A DNA stretch of 64,000 bases, from contig OZ024740.1 of the NCBI GenBank assembly GCA_964016885.1, positions 16,926,001 through 16,990,000 on the forward strand, written 5' to 3'. A program made the position numbers and the translations under genes. Origin of the DNA: Eledone cirrhosa. Taxonomy: Eukaryota. Below are positions 33,301 through 49,200 of the stretch, piece by piece. The notes under the pieces were generated by a model that saw only the letters and a list, made by a program, of their open reading frames with translations, did not search any database and had not been told where the DNA came from. Each line of letters starts with the position of its first letter. The first letter of the stretch is position 1.

Positions 33301-36300
33301 CACTACCACCACAGTTATTACTACCACTACAGTTACCACTACCACTACTGTAACTACTACCACTACAGTAACCACTACCTCTACAGTTACCACTACCCCT
33401 ACAGTTACCACTACCACTACTGTAACTACTACCACTAGAGTAACCACTACCACTACAACTACAGTAACCACTACCACTACAGTTACCACTAACACTACTG
33501 TAACTACTACCACAACAGTTACCCCTACCACTACTGTAACCACTGCCACTACAGTAACCACTACCACTACAACTACAGTAACCACTACCACTACAGTTAC
33601 CACTACTACTACTGTAACGACTACTACTACTACAGTAACCACTACAGTAACCACTACTACTACTGTAACCACTACCACTACAGTACCACTACCACTACAG
33701 TAACCACTACCACTACTCTAACCACTACCATTACTCTAACTACTACCTCTACAATAAAACCTACCACTACTGTAACCACTACCACTACAGTACCACTACC
33801 ACTACAGTAACCACTACCACTACTGTAACCACTACCATTACTCTAACCACTATCTCAACAATAAAATCTACCACTACTGTAACCACTACCACTACAGTAA
33901 CCACTACCACGACTGTAACCACTACAACCACAGTAACCACTACCACTACTGTAACCTCTACCACTATTGTAACCATTACCACTACAGTAACAACTACCAC
34001 CACTATAACCAGTACCAATACAGTAACCACTACCACTACAGTAACCACTACTACTAGAGTAACTATTACCACTACAGTAACCACTACCACTACTGTAACC
34101 GCTACCACTACAGTAACCACTACCACTACAGTAACCACTACCACTATAATAACCACTACCACCTCAGTAACCACTACCACTACAGTAACCACTACTGTAA
34201 CCACTACCACTACTGTAATCACTACCACTACTGTAACCACTACCACTACAGTAACCACTACCACTACAGTAACCACTACCACTATAATAACCACTACCAC
34301 CTCAGTAACCACTACCACTACAGTAACCACTACTGTAACCACTACCACTACTGTAATCACTACCACTACTGTAACCACTACCACTACAGTAACCACTACC
34401 ACTACAGTAACCACTACCACTATAATAACCACTACCACCTCAGTAACCACTACCACTACAGTAACCACTACTGTAACCACTACCACTACTGTAACTACTA
34501 CCACTACAGTAACCACTACCACTACTGTAACGACTACCACTACAATAACCACTACCACTACTGTAACCACTACCACTACAGTAACCACTACCACTACAGT
34601 AACCACTACCACTATAATAACCACTACCACCTCAGTAACCACTACCACTACAGTAACCACTACTGTAACCACTACCACTACAGTAACCACTACCACTACA
34701 GTAACCACTACCACTACTGTAACCACTACCACTACAGTAACCACTACCACTACTGTAACCACTACCACTACAGTAACCACTACTACTACAGTAACTACTA
34801 CCACTACAGTAACCACTATCACTACTGTAACCACTACCACTACAGTTACCACTACTGTAACCACTACCACTACAGAAACCACTACCACTACTGTAACCAC
34901 TACCACTACTGTACCCACTGACACTACAGTAACCACTACCACTACAGTAACCACTACCACTACAGTAACCACTACCACTACTGTAACCACTACCACTACA
35001 GTAACCACTACCACTACTGTAACCACTGCCACTACAATAACCACTAGCACTACAGTAAACACTACCACTACTGTAACCACTACCACTACAATAACCACTA
35101 CCACTACAGTAACCACTACCACTACAGTAACCACTACCACTACAGTAACCACTACCACTACTGTAACCACTACCACTCCAGTAACCACTACCACTCCAGT
35201 AACCACTACCACTACTGTAACCACTACCACTACAATAACCACTACCACTACAATAACCACTACCACTACAGTAACCACTACTACTACACTAACTACTACC
35301 ACTACAGTAACCACTACTGTAACCACTACCACTACAGTAACCACTACCACTACAGTACCCACTACCACTACAGTAACCACTACCACTACAGTACCCACTA
35401 CCACTACTGTAACCACTACCACTACTGTACCCACTGACACTACAGTAACCACTACCACTACAGTAACCACTGTCACTACAGTAACCACTACCACTATTAC
35501 AGTAACCACTACCACAACTGTAACCACTACCACTACAGTAAGCAGTACCGTTACAGTAACCACTACCACTTCTGTAACCACTGCAACTACAGTAACCACT
35601 ACCACTACATTAACCACTACCACTCCAGTAACCACTACCAGTACAGTAACCACTACCACTACAGTAACCACTACCACTACAGTAACCACTACCACTACTG
35701 TAACCACTACTATTACTGAAACCACTACCACCACAGTTATTACTACCACTACAGTTACCACTACCACTACTGTAACTACTACCACTACAGTAACCACTAC
35801 CTCTACAGTTACCACTACCACTACAGTTACCACTACCACTACTGTAACTACTACCACTACAGTAACCACTACCACTACAACTACAGTAACCACTACCACT
35901 ACAGTTACCACTAACACTACTGTAACTACTACCACAACAGTTACCACTACCACTACTGTAACCACTGCCACTACAGTAACCACTACCACTACAACTACAG
36001 TAACCACTACCACTACAGTTACCACTACTACTACTGTAACGACTACTACTACTACAGTAACCACTACAGTAACCACTACTACTACTGTAACCACTACCAC
36101 TACAGTACCACTACCACTACAGTAACCACTACCACTACTGTAACCACTACCATTACTCTAACCACTACCTCTACAATAAAACCTACCACTACTGTAACCA
36201 CTACCACTACAGTAACCACTACCACGACTGTAACCACTACAACCACAGTAACCACTACCACTACTGTAACCTCTACCACTACTGTAACCACTACCACTAC

Positions 36301-36749
36301 AGTAACCACTACCACTACAGTAACCACTACCACTACAGTAACCGCTACCACTACAGTAACCACTACCACTACTCTAACCACTACCGTTACAGTAACCACT
36401 ACCACTATTGTAACCACTACCACTACAGTTACAACTACCACTACAGTAACCACTACCACTACAGTAACCACAACCACTACCGTAACTACTACCACTACAG
36501 TAACCACTACCATTACTGTAACCACTGCCACTACTGTAACTACTACCACTACAGTAACCACTACCACTACAGTAACCACTACTGTAACCTCTACCACTAC
36601 AGTTTCCACTACCACTACTGTAACTACTACCACTACAGTAACCACTACCACTACTGTAACCGCTACCACTACAGTTACCACTACCACTACTGTAACTACT
36701 ACCACTACAGTAACCACTACCACTACTGTAACCGCTACCACTACAGTTA

Positions 36750-39360
36750 CCACTACCACTACTGTAACTACTACCTCTACTGTAACTACTACCACTACTG
36801 TAACCACTACCACTACAAGTACCACTACCACTACAGTAACCACTACCAATACTGTAACCGCTACCACTACAGTTACCACTACCACTACTGTAACTACTAA
36901 CACTACAGTAACCACTACCACTACTGTAAACGCTACCACTTCAGTTACCACTACTACAGTAACTACTACCACTACAGTAACCACTACCACTACTGTAACT
37001 AGTACCATTACAGTAACCACTACCTCTACAGTTACCACTACCACTACAGTAACCACTACCACTACAGTAACCACTACCACTACAACTACAGTAACCACTA
37101 CCACTACAGTTACCACTACAACTACTGTAACTACTACCACTACTGTAACCACTACCACTACAACTACAGTAACCACTACCACTACAGTAACCACTACCAC
37201 TATTGTAACTACTACCACTACTGTAACCACTACAACTACAGTAACCACTACCACTACTGTAACCGCTAACATTACAGTCACCACTACCAGTACTGTAACT
37301 ACTACCACTAGTGTAACCACTACCACTACAACTACAGTAACCACTACCACTACTGTAACCGCTACCACTACAGTTACCACTACCACCACTGTAACTACTA
37401 CCACTACTGTAACCACTACCACTACATTAACCACTACCACTACTGTAACCACTACCACTTCAATAACCACTACCACTACAATAACCACTACCACTACTGT
37501 AACCACTACCACTACTGTAACCACTATAGTAACCACTACCACTACAGTAACCACTACCACTACAGTAACCACTACCGTTACAGTAACCACTACCACTACA
37601 GTAACCACTGCCATTACAATAACCACTACTACTACTGTAACCACTACCGTTACAGTAATCACTACCACTACTGTAACCACTACCACAACAGTAACCACTA
37701 CCACTACAGTAACCACTACCACTACAGTAATCACTACCACTACAGTAATCACTACCTCTACTGTAACCACTACCACTACAGTTACCACTACCACTACTGT
37801 AACCACTACCACTACGGTTACCACTACCACTACTGTAACCACTACCACTACAGTAACCACTACCACTACAGTAATCACTACCACTACAGTAATCACTACC
37901 TCTACTGTAACCACTACCACTACAGTTACCACTACCACTACTGTAACCACTACCACTACAGTTACCACTACCACTACTGTAACCACTACCACTACAGTTA
38001 CCACTACCACTACTGTAACCACTACCACTACAGTTACCACTACCACTACTGTAACCACTACCACTACAGTAACCACTACCACTACTGTAACCACTACCAC
38101 TACAGTTACCACTACCACCACTGTAACCACTACCACTACAGTTACCACTACCACTACTGTAACCACTACCACTACAGTTACCACTACCACTACTGTAACC
38201 ACTACCACTACAGTTACCACTACCACTACTGTAACCACTACCACTACAGTAACCACTACCACTACTGTAACCACTACCAGTACAGTTACCACTACCACTA
38301 CTGTAACCACTACCACTACAGTTACCACTACCACTACTGTAACCACTACCACTACTGTAACTACTACCTCTACTGTAACTACTACCACTACTGTAACCAC
38401 TACCACTACAAGTACCACTACCACTACAGTAACCACTACCAATACTGTAACCGCTACCACTACAGTTACCACTACCACTACTGTAACTACTAACACTACA
38501 GTAACCACTACCACTACTGTAAACGCTACCACTACAGTTACCACTACTACAGTAACTACTACCACTACAGTAACCACTACCACTACTGTAACTAGTACCA
38601 CTACAGTAACCACTACCTCTAGAGTTACCACTACCACTACAGTAACCACTACCACTACAGTAACCACTACCACTACAACTACAGTAACCACTACCACTAC
38701 AGTTACCACTACAACTACTGTAACTACTACCACTACTGTAACCACTACCACTACAACTACAGTAACCACTACCACTACAGTAACCACTACCACTATTGTA
38801 ACTACTACCACTACTGTAACCACTACAACTACAGTAACCACTACCACTACTGTAACCGCTAACATTACAGTCACCACTACCAGTACTGTAACTACTACCA
38901 CTAGTGTAACCACTACCACTACAACTACAGTAACCACTACCACTACTGTAACCGCTACCACTACAGTTACCACTACCACTACTGTAACTACTACCACTAC
39001 TGTAACCACTACCACTACATTAACCACTACCACTACTGTAACCACTACCACTTCAATAACCACTACCACTACAATAACCACTACCACTACTGTAACCACT
39101 ACCACTACTGTAACCACTACAGTAACCACTACCACTACAGTAACCACTACCACTACAGTAACCACTACCGTTACAGTAACCACTACCACTACAGTAACCA
39201 CTGCCATTACAATAACCACTACTACTACTCTAACCACTACCGTTACAGTAATCACTACCACTACTGTAACCACTACCACAACAGTAACCACTACCACTAC
39301 AGTAACCACTACCACTACAGTAATCACTACCACTACAGTAATCACTACCTCTACTGTAAC
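36750..39360. repeat. Higher-order tandem duplication with 1,593-bp offset
   Basis: acaagtacc at 36,815/38,408 and accgctaacattacagtcacc at 37,262/38,855, both offset 1,593. Boundaries approximate. Confidence 0.88.
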
Positions 39361-40299
39361 CACTACCACTACAGTAACCACTACCACTACAGTAACCACT
39401 ACCACTACAGTAACCACTACCACTACAGTAACCACTACCACTACAGTAATCACTACCACTACAGTAACCACTACCACTACAGTAACCACTACCGTTACAG
39501 TAACCACTACCACTACAGTAACCACTGCCATTACAATAACCACTACTACTACTCTAACCACTACCGTTACAGTAATCACTACCACTACTGTAACCACTAC
39601 CACAACAGTAACCACTACCACTACAGTAACCACTACCACTACAGTAATCACTACCACTACAGTAATCACTACCTCTACTGTAACCACTACCACTACTGTA
39701 ACCACTACCACAACAGTAACCACTACCACTACAGTAACCACTACCACTACAGTAATCACTACCACTACAGTAATCACTACCACTACTGTAACCACTACCA
39801 CTACTGTAACCACTACCACTACAGTTACCACTACCACTACTGTAACCACTACCACTACAGTTACCACTACCACTACTGTAACCACTACCACTACAGTAAC
39901 CACTACCACTACTGTAACCACTACCACTACAGTAACCACTACCACTACTGTAACCACTACCAGTACAGTTACCACTACCACTACTGTAACCACTACCACT
40001 ACAGTTACCACTACCACTACTGTAACCACTACCACTACAGTTACCACTACCACCACTGTAACCACTACCACTACAGTTACCACTACCACTACTGTAACCA
40101 CTACCACTACAGTTACCACTACCACTACTGTAACCACTACCACTACAGTTACCACTACCACTACTGTAACCACTACCACTACAGTAACCACTACCACTAC
40201 TGTAACCACTACCAGTACAGTTACCACTACCACTACTGTAACCACTACCACTACAGTTACCACTACCACTATGTAACCACTACCACTACAGTTACCACT

Positions 40300-43200
40300 A
40301 CCACTACAGTAACCACTACCACTACAGTAACCACTACCACTACAGTAACTACTACCACTACAGTAACCACTACCACTACTGTAACCACTACCACTACTGT
40401 AACCACTACCTCTACCACTACTGTAATCACTACCACTACAGGAACCACTACTACTATTGTAACCACTACCACTACAGTAACAACTACCACCACAGTAACC
40501 ACTACTACTACTGATACCACTACTACTACTGTAACCACTACCACTACAGTAACCACTACTACTACAGTAACTACTAACACTACAGTAACCACTACCACTA
40601 CTGTAACCGCTACCACTACAGTAACCACTACTACTACAGTAACTACTACCACTACAGTAACTACTACCACTACTGTAACCACTACCACTACAGTAACTAC
40701 TACCACTACAGTAACCACTACCTCTACAGTTACCACTACCACTACCGTAACCACTACTACTACAGTAACTACTACCACTACAGTAACTACTACCACTACT
40801 GTAACCACTGCCACTACTGTAACTACTACCACTACAGTAACCACTACCACTACAGTAACCACTACTGTAACCTCTACCACTACAGTAACCACTACCACTA
40901 CTGTAACTACTACCACTACAGTAACCACTACCTCTACCGTTACCACTACCACTACAGTAACCACTACCACTACTGTAACTACTACCACTAAAGTAACCAC
41001 TACAACTACAGTAACCACTACCACTACAGTTACCACTACCACTACTGTAACTACTACAACTACTGTAACCACTACAGCTACAGTAACCACTACCACTACT
41101 GTAACCGCTACCACTACAGTTACCACTACCACTACTTTAACTACTACCACTACTGTAACCACTACCACTACAACTACAGTAACCACTACCACTACTGTAA
41201 CCGCTACCACTACAGTTACCACTACCCCTACTGTAACTACTACCACTACTGTAACCACTACCACTACAGTAACCACTACCACTACAGTAACCAGTACCAC
41301 AACAGTAACCAGTACCACGACAGTTACCACTACCACTACAGTAACCACTACCACTACTGTAACCACTACCACTACAGTAACCAGTACCACGACAGTTACC
41401 ACTACCACTACAGTAACCACTACCACTACTGTAACCACTACCACTACAGTAACCAGTACCACGACAGTTACCACTACCACTACAGTAACCGCTACCACTA
41501 CAGTAACCACTACCACTACAGTAACCAGTACCACGACAGTTACCACTACCACTACTGTAACCAGTACCACTACAGTTACCACTACCACTACAGTAACCAC
41601 TACCACTACAGTAACCACTACCACTACAGTAACCAGTACCACGACAGTTACCACTACCACTACTGTAACCACTACCACTACAGTTACCACTACCACTACT
41701 GTAACCACTGCCACTACTGTAACCACTACCACTACAGTAACTACTACCGTTACAGTAACCACTACCACTACTGTAACCACTACTACTACAGTAACCACTA
41801 CCACTACTGTAACCACTGCCACTACTGTAACCACTACCACTACAGTAACCACGACCACTACTGAAACCACTACTACTACAGTAACCACTACCACTACAGT
41901 TACCACTACCACTACAGTAACCACTACCGTTACAGTAACCACTACCACTACTGTAACCACTGCCACTACTGTAACCACTACTACTACAGTAACCACTACC
42001 ACTACTGTAACCACTGCCACTACTGTAACCACTACCACTACAGTAACCACTACCACTACTGAAACGACTACTACTACAGTAACCACTACCACTACAGTTA
42101 CCACTACCACTACAGTAACCACTACCACTACTGTAACCAGTACCACTACAGTTACCACTACCACTACAGTAACCACTACCACTACAGTAACCACTGCCAC
42201 TACTGTAACCACTACCACTACAGTAACCACTACTGTAACCACTACTACTACAGTAACCACTACAGTACCCACTACAGAAACCACTACCACTACAGTAACC
42301 ACTACCACTACTGTAATTACTACCACTACAGTAACCACTACCGTTACAGTAACCACTACCTCTACTGTAACCACTACCACTACCACTACTGTAACCACTA
42401 CCACTACAGTAACCACTACCGTTACAGTAACCACTACCACTATTGTAACCACTACCACTACAGTAACCACTACCACTACTGTAACCACACCCACTACTGT
42501 AACCACTACCACTACAGTAACCACTACCACTACAGTAACCACTACCACTACAGTAACCACTACCACTACAGTAACCACTACCTCTATTGTAACCACTTCC
42601 ACTACAGTAACCACTACCACTACTGCAACCACTCCCACTACTGTAACCACTACCACTACAGTAACCACTACCACTACAGTAACCACTACCACTACACTAA
42701 CCACTACCACTACAGGAACCACTACTACTAGTGTAACCACTACCACTACAGTAACAACTGCCACTACAGTAACCACTACCACTACTGTAACCACTACCAC
42801 TACAGTAACCACTACCACTACAGTAACCACTACCAATACAGTAACCACTACCACTACAGTAACCACTACCACTACTGTAACAACTATCACTACAGTAAAC
42901 ACTACCACTACTGTAACCACTACCACTACAGTAACCACTACCACTACTGTAACCACTACCACTACAGTAACCACTACCACTACTGTAACCACTACCACTA
43001 CAGTAACCACTACCACTACTATAACCACTGCCTCTACAGTAACCACTACCACTACTGTAACCACTACCACTACAGTAAACACTACCACTACTGTAACCAC
43101 TACCACTACTGTAACCACTACCACTACAGTAAACACTACCACTACTGTAACCACTACCACTACAGAAACAACAACTACTAATGTAACCACTACTGTAACC

Positions 43201-46200
43201 ACTACCACAACAGGAACCACTACCAGAACCACTACCACTACAGTAACCACTACCACTACTGTAACCACTACCACTACAGTTACCACTACCACTACTGTAA
43301 CCACTACCACTACAGTTACCACTACCACTACTGTAACCACTACCACTACAGTAACCACTACCACTACTGTAACCACTACCACTACAGTTACCACTACCAC
43401 CACTGTAACCACTACCACTACAGTTACCACTACCACTACTGTAACCACTACCACTACAGTTACCACTACCACTACTGTAACCACTACCACTACAGTTACC
43501 ACTACCACTACTGTAACCACTACCACTACAGTAACCACTACCACTACTGTAACCACTACCAGTACAGTTACCACTACCACTACTGTAACCGCTACCACTA
43601 CAGTTACCACTACCACTACTGTAACCACTACCACTACAGTTACCACTACCACTACAGTAACCACTACCACTACAGTAACCACTACCACTACAGTTACCAC
43701 TACCACTACTGTAACCACTACCACTACAGTTACCACTACCACTACAGTAACCACTACCACTACAGTTACCACTACCACTACTGTAACCACTACCACTACA
43801 GTTACCACTACCACTACTGTAACCACTACCACTACAGTTACCACTACCACTACTGTAACCACTACCACTACAGTTACCACTACCACTACAGTAACCACTA
43901 CCACTACAGTAACCACTACCACTACAGTTACCACTACCACTACTGTAACCACTACCACTACAGTTACCACTACCACTACAGTAACCACTACCACTACAGT
44001 AACCATTACTACTACAGTAACCACTACCACTACAGTTACCACTACCACTACTGTAACCACTACCACTACAGTTACCACTACCACTACTGTAACCACTACC
44101 AGTACAGTTACCACTAACACTACTGTAACCACTACCACTACAGTTACCACTACCACTACTGTAACCACTACCACTACAGTTACCACTACCACTACAGTAA
44201 CCACTACCACTACAGTAACCACTACCACTACAGTTACCACTACCACTACTGTAACCACTACCACTACAGTAACCACTACCACTACAATAACTACTACCAC
44301 TATTGTAACCACTACCACTACAGTAACCACTACCACTACTGTAACCACTACCACTACTGTAACCACTACCTCTACCACTACTGTAATCACTACCACTACA
44401 GGAACCACTACTACTATTGTAACCACTACCACTACAGTAACAACTACCACCACAGTAACCACTACTACTACTGAAACCACTACTACTACTGTAACCACTA
44501 CCACTACAGTAACCACTACTACTACAGTAACTACTAACACTACAGTAACCACTACCACTACTGTAACCGCTACCACTACAGTAACCCCTACTACTACAGT
44601 AACTACTACCACTACAGTAACTACTACCACTACTGTAACCACTACCACTACAGTAACTACTACCACTACAGTAACCACTACCTCTACAGTTACCACTACC
44701 ACTACCGTAACCACTACTACTACAGTAACTACTACCACTACAGTAACTACTACCACTACTGTAACCACTGCCACTACTGTAACTACTACCACTACAGTAA
44801 CCACTACCACTACAGTAACCACTACTGTAACCTCTACCACTACAGTTACCACTACCACTACTGTAACTACTACCACTACAGTAACCACTACCACTACTGT
44901 AACTACTACCACTACAGTAACCACTACCTCTACCGTTACCACTACCACTACATTAACCACTATCACTACAGTAACCACTACAGTAACCACTACCACTACT
45001 GTAACTACTACCACTAAAGTAGCCACTACAACTACAGTAACCACTACCACTACAGTTACCACTACCACTACTGTAATTACTACAACTACTGTAACCACTA
45101 CAGCTACAGTAACCACTACCACTACTGTAACCGCTACCACTACAGTTACCACTACCACTACTTTAACTACTACCACTACTGTAACCACTACCACTACAAC
45201 TACAGTAACCACTACCACTACTGTAACCGCTACCACTACAGTTACCACTACCCTTACTCTAACTACTACCACTACTGTAACCACTACCACTACAGTAACC
45301 AGTACCACAACAGTAACCAGTACCACGACAGTTACCACTACCACTACAGTAACCACTACCACTACTGTAACCACTACCACTACAGTAACCAGTACCACGA
45401 CAGTTACCACTACCACTACAGTAACCACTACCACTACTGTAACCACTACCACTACAGTAACCAGTACCACGACAGTTACCACTACCACTACAGTAACCGC
45501 TACCACTACAGTAACCACTACCACTACAGTAACCAGTACCACGACAGTTACCACTACCACTACTGTAACCAGTACCACTACAGTTACCACTACCACTACA
45601 GTAACCACTACCACTACAGTAACCACTACCACTACAGTAACCAGTACCACGACAGTTACCACTACCACTACTGTAACCAGTACCACTACAGTTACCACTA
45701 CCACTACTGTAACCACTGCCACTACTGTAACCACTACCACTACAGTAACTACTACCGTTACAGTAACCACTACCACTACTGTAACCACTACTACTACAGT
45801 AACCACTACCACTACTGTAACCACTGCCACTACTGTAACCACTACCACTACAGTAACCACGACCACTACTGAAACCACTACTACTACAGTAACCACTACC
45901 ACTACAGTTACCACTACCACTACAGTAACCACTACCGTTACAGTAACCACTACCACTACTGTAACCACTGCCACTACTGTAACCACTACCACTACAGTAA
46001 CCACTACCACTACTGAAACGACTACTACTACAGTAACCACTACCACTACAGTTACCACTACCACTACAGTAACCACTACCACTACTGTAACCAGTACCAC
46101 TACAGTTACCACTACCACTACAGTAACCACTACCACTACTGTAACCACTGCCACTACTGTAACCACTACCACTACAGTAACCACTACTGTAACCACTACT

Positions 46201-49200
46201 ACTACAGTAACCACTACAGTACCCACTACAAAAACCACTACCACTACAGTAACCACTACCACTACTGTAATTACTACCACTACAGTAACCACTACCGTTA
46301 CAGTAACCACTACCTCTACTTTAACCACTACCACTACCACTACTGTAACCACTACCACTACAGTAACCACTACCGTTACAGTAACCACTACCACTATTGT
46401 AACCACTACCACTACAGTAACCACTACCACTACTGTAACCACACCCACTACTGTAACCACTACCACTACAGTAACCACTACCACTACAGTAACCACTACC
46501 ACTACAGTAACCACTACCACTACAGTAACCACTACCTCTATTGTAACCACTTCCACTACAGTAACCACTACCACTACTGTAACCACTCCCACTACTGTAA
46601 CCACTACCACTACAGTAACCACTACTGTAACCACTACTACTACAGTAACCACTACAGTACCCACTACAGAAACCACTACCACTACAGTAACCACTACCAC
46701 TACTGTAATTACTACCACTACAGTAACCACTACCGTTACAGTAACCACTACCTCTACTGTAACCACTACCACTACCACTACTGTAACCACTACCACTACA
46801 GTAACCACTACCGTTACAGTAACCACTACCACTATTGTAACCACTACCACTACAGTAACCACTACCACTACTGTAACCACACCCACTACTGTAACCACTA
46901 CCACTACAGTAACCACTACCACTACAGTAACCACTACCACTACAGTAACCACTACCACTACAGTAACCACTACCTCTATTGTAACCACTTCCACTACAGT
47001 AACCACTACCACTACTGCAACCACTCCCACTACTGTAACCACTACCACTACAGTAACCACTACCACTACAGTAACCACTACCACTACACTAACCACTACC
47101 ACTACAGGAACCACTACTACTAGTGTAACCACTACCACTACAGTAACAACTGCCACTACAGTAACCACTACCACTACTGTAACCACTACCACTACAGTAA
47201 CCACTACCACTACAGTAACCACTACCAATACAGTAACCACTACCACTACAGTAACCACTACCACTACTGTAACAACTATCACTACAGTAAACACTACCAC
47301 TACTGTAACCACTACCACTACAGTAACCACTACCACTACTGTAACCACTACCACTACAGTAACCACTACCACTACTGTAACCACTACCACTACAGTAACC
47401 ACTACCACTACTATAACCACTGCCTCTACAGTAACCACTACCACTACTGTAACCACTACCACTACAGTAAACACTACCACTACTGTAACCACTACCACTA
47501 CTGTAACCACTACCACTACAGTAAACACTACCACTACTGTAACCACTACCACTACAGAAACAACAACTACTAATGTAACCACTACTGTAACCACTACCAC
47601 AACAGGAACCACTACCAGAACCACTACCACTACAGTAACCACTACCACTACTGTAACCACTACCACTACAGTTACCACTACCACCACTGTAACCACTACC
47701 ACTACAGTTACCACTACCACTACTGTAACCACTACCACTACAGTTACCACTACCACTACTGTAACCACTACCACTACAGTTACCACTACCACCACTGTAA
47801 CCACTACCACTACAGTTACCACTACCACTACTGTAACCACTACCACTACAGTTACCACTACCACTACTGTAACCACTACCACTACAGTTACCACTACCAC
47901 TACTGTAACCACTACCACTACAGTTACCACTACCACCACTGTAACCACTACCACTACAGTTACCACTACCACTACTGTAACCACTACCACTACAGTTACC
48001 ACTACCACTACTGTAACCACTACCACTACAGTTACCACTACCACTACTGTAACCACTACCACTACAGTAACCACTACCACTACTGTAACCACTACCAGTA
48101 CAGTTACCACTACCACTACTGTAACCACTACCACTACAGTTACCACTACCACTACTGTAACCACTACCACTACAGTTACCACTACCACTACAGTAACCAC
48201 TACCACTACAGTAACCACTACCACTACAGTTACCACTACCACTACTGTAACCACTACCACTACAGTTACCACTACCACTACAGTAACCACTACCACTACA
48301 GTAACCACTACCACTACAGTTACCACTACCACTACTGTAACCACTACCACTACAGTTACCACTACCACTACTGTAACCACTACCAGTACAGTTACCACTA
48401 CCACTACTGTAACCACTACCACTACAGTTACCACTACCACTACTGTAACCACTACCACTACAGTTACCACTACCACTACAGTAACCACTACCACTACAGT
48501 AACCACTACCACTACAGTTACCACTACCACTACTGTAACCACTACCACTACAGTTACCACTACCACTACAGTAACCACTACCACTACAGTAACTACTACC
48601 ACTATTGTAACCACTACCACTACAGTAACCACTACCACTACTGTAACCACTACCACTACTGTAACCACTACCTCTACCACTACTGTAATCACTACCACTA
48701 CAGGAACCACTACTACTATTGTAACCACTACCACTACAGTAACAACTACCACCACAGTAACCACTACTACTACTGAAACCACTACTACTACTGTAACCAC
48801 TACCACTACAGTAACCACTACTACTACAGTAACTACTAACACTACAGTAACCACTACCACTACTGTAACCGCTACCACTACAGTAACCCCTACTACTACA
48901 GTAACTACTACCACTACAGTAACTACTACCACTACTGTAACCACTACCACTACAGTAACTACTACCACTACAGTAACCACTACCTCTACAGTTACCACTA
49001 CCACTACCGTAACCACTACTACTACAGTAACTACTACCACTACAGTAACTACTACCACTACTGTAACCACTGCCACTACTGTAACTACTACCACTACAGT
49101 AACCACTACCACTACAGTAACCACTACTGTAACCTCTACCACTACAGTTACCACTACCACTACTGTAACTACTACCACTACAGTAACCACTACCACTACT

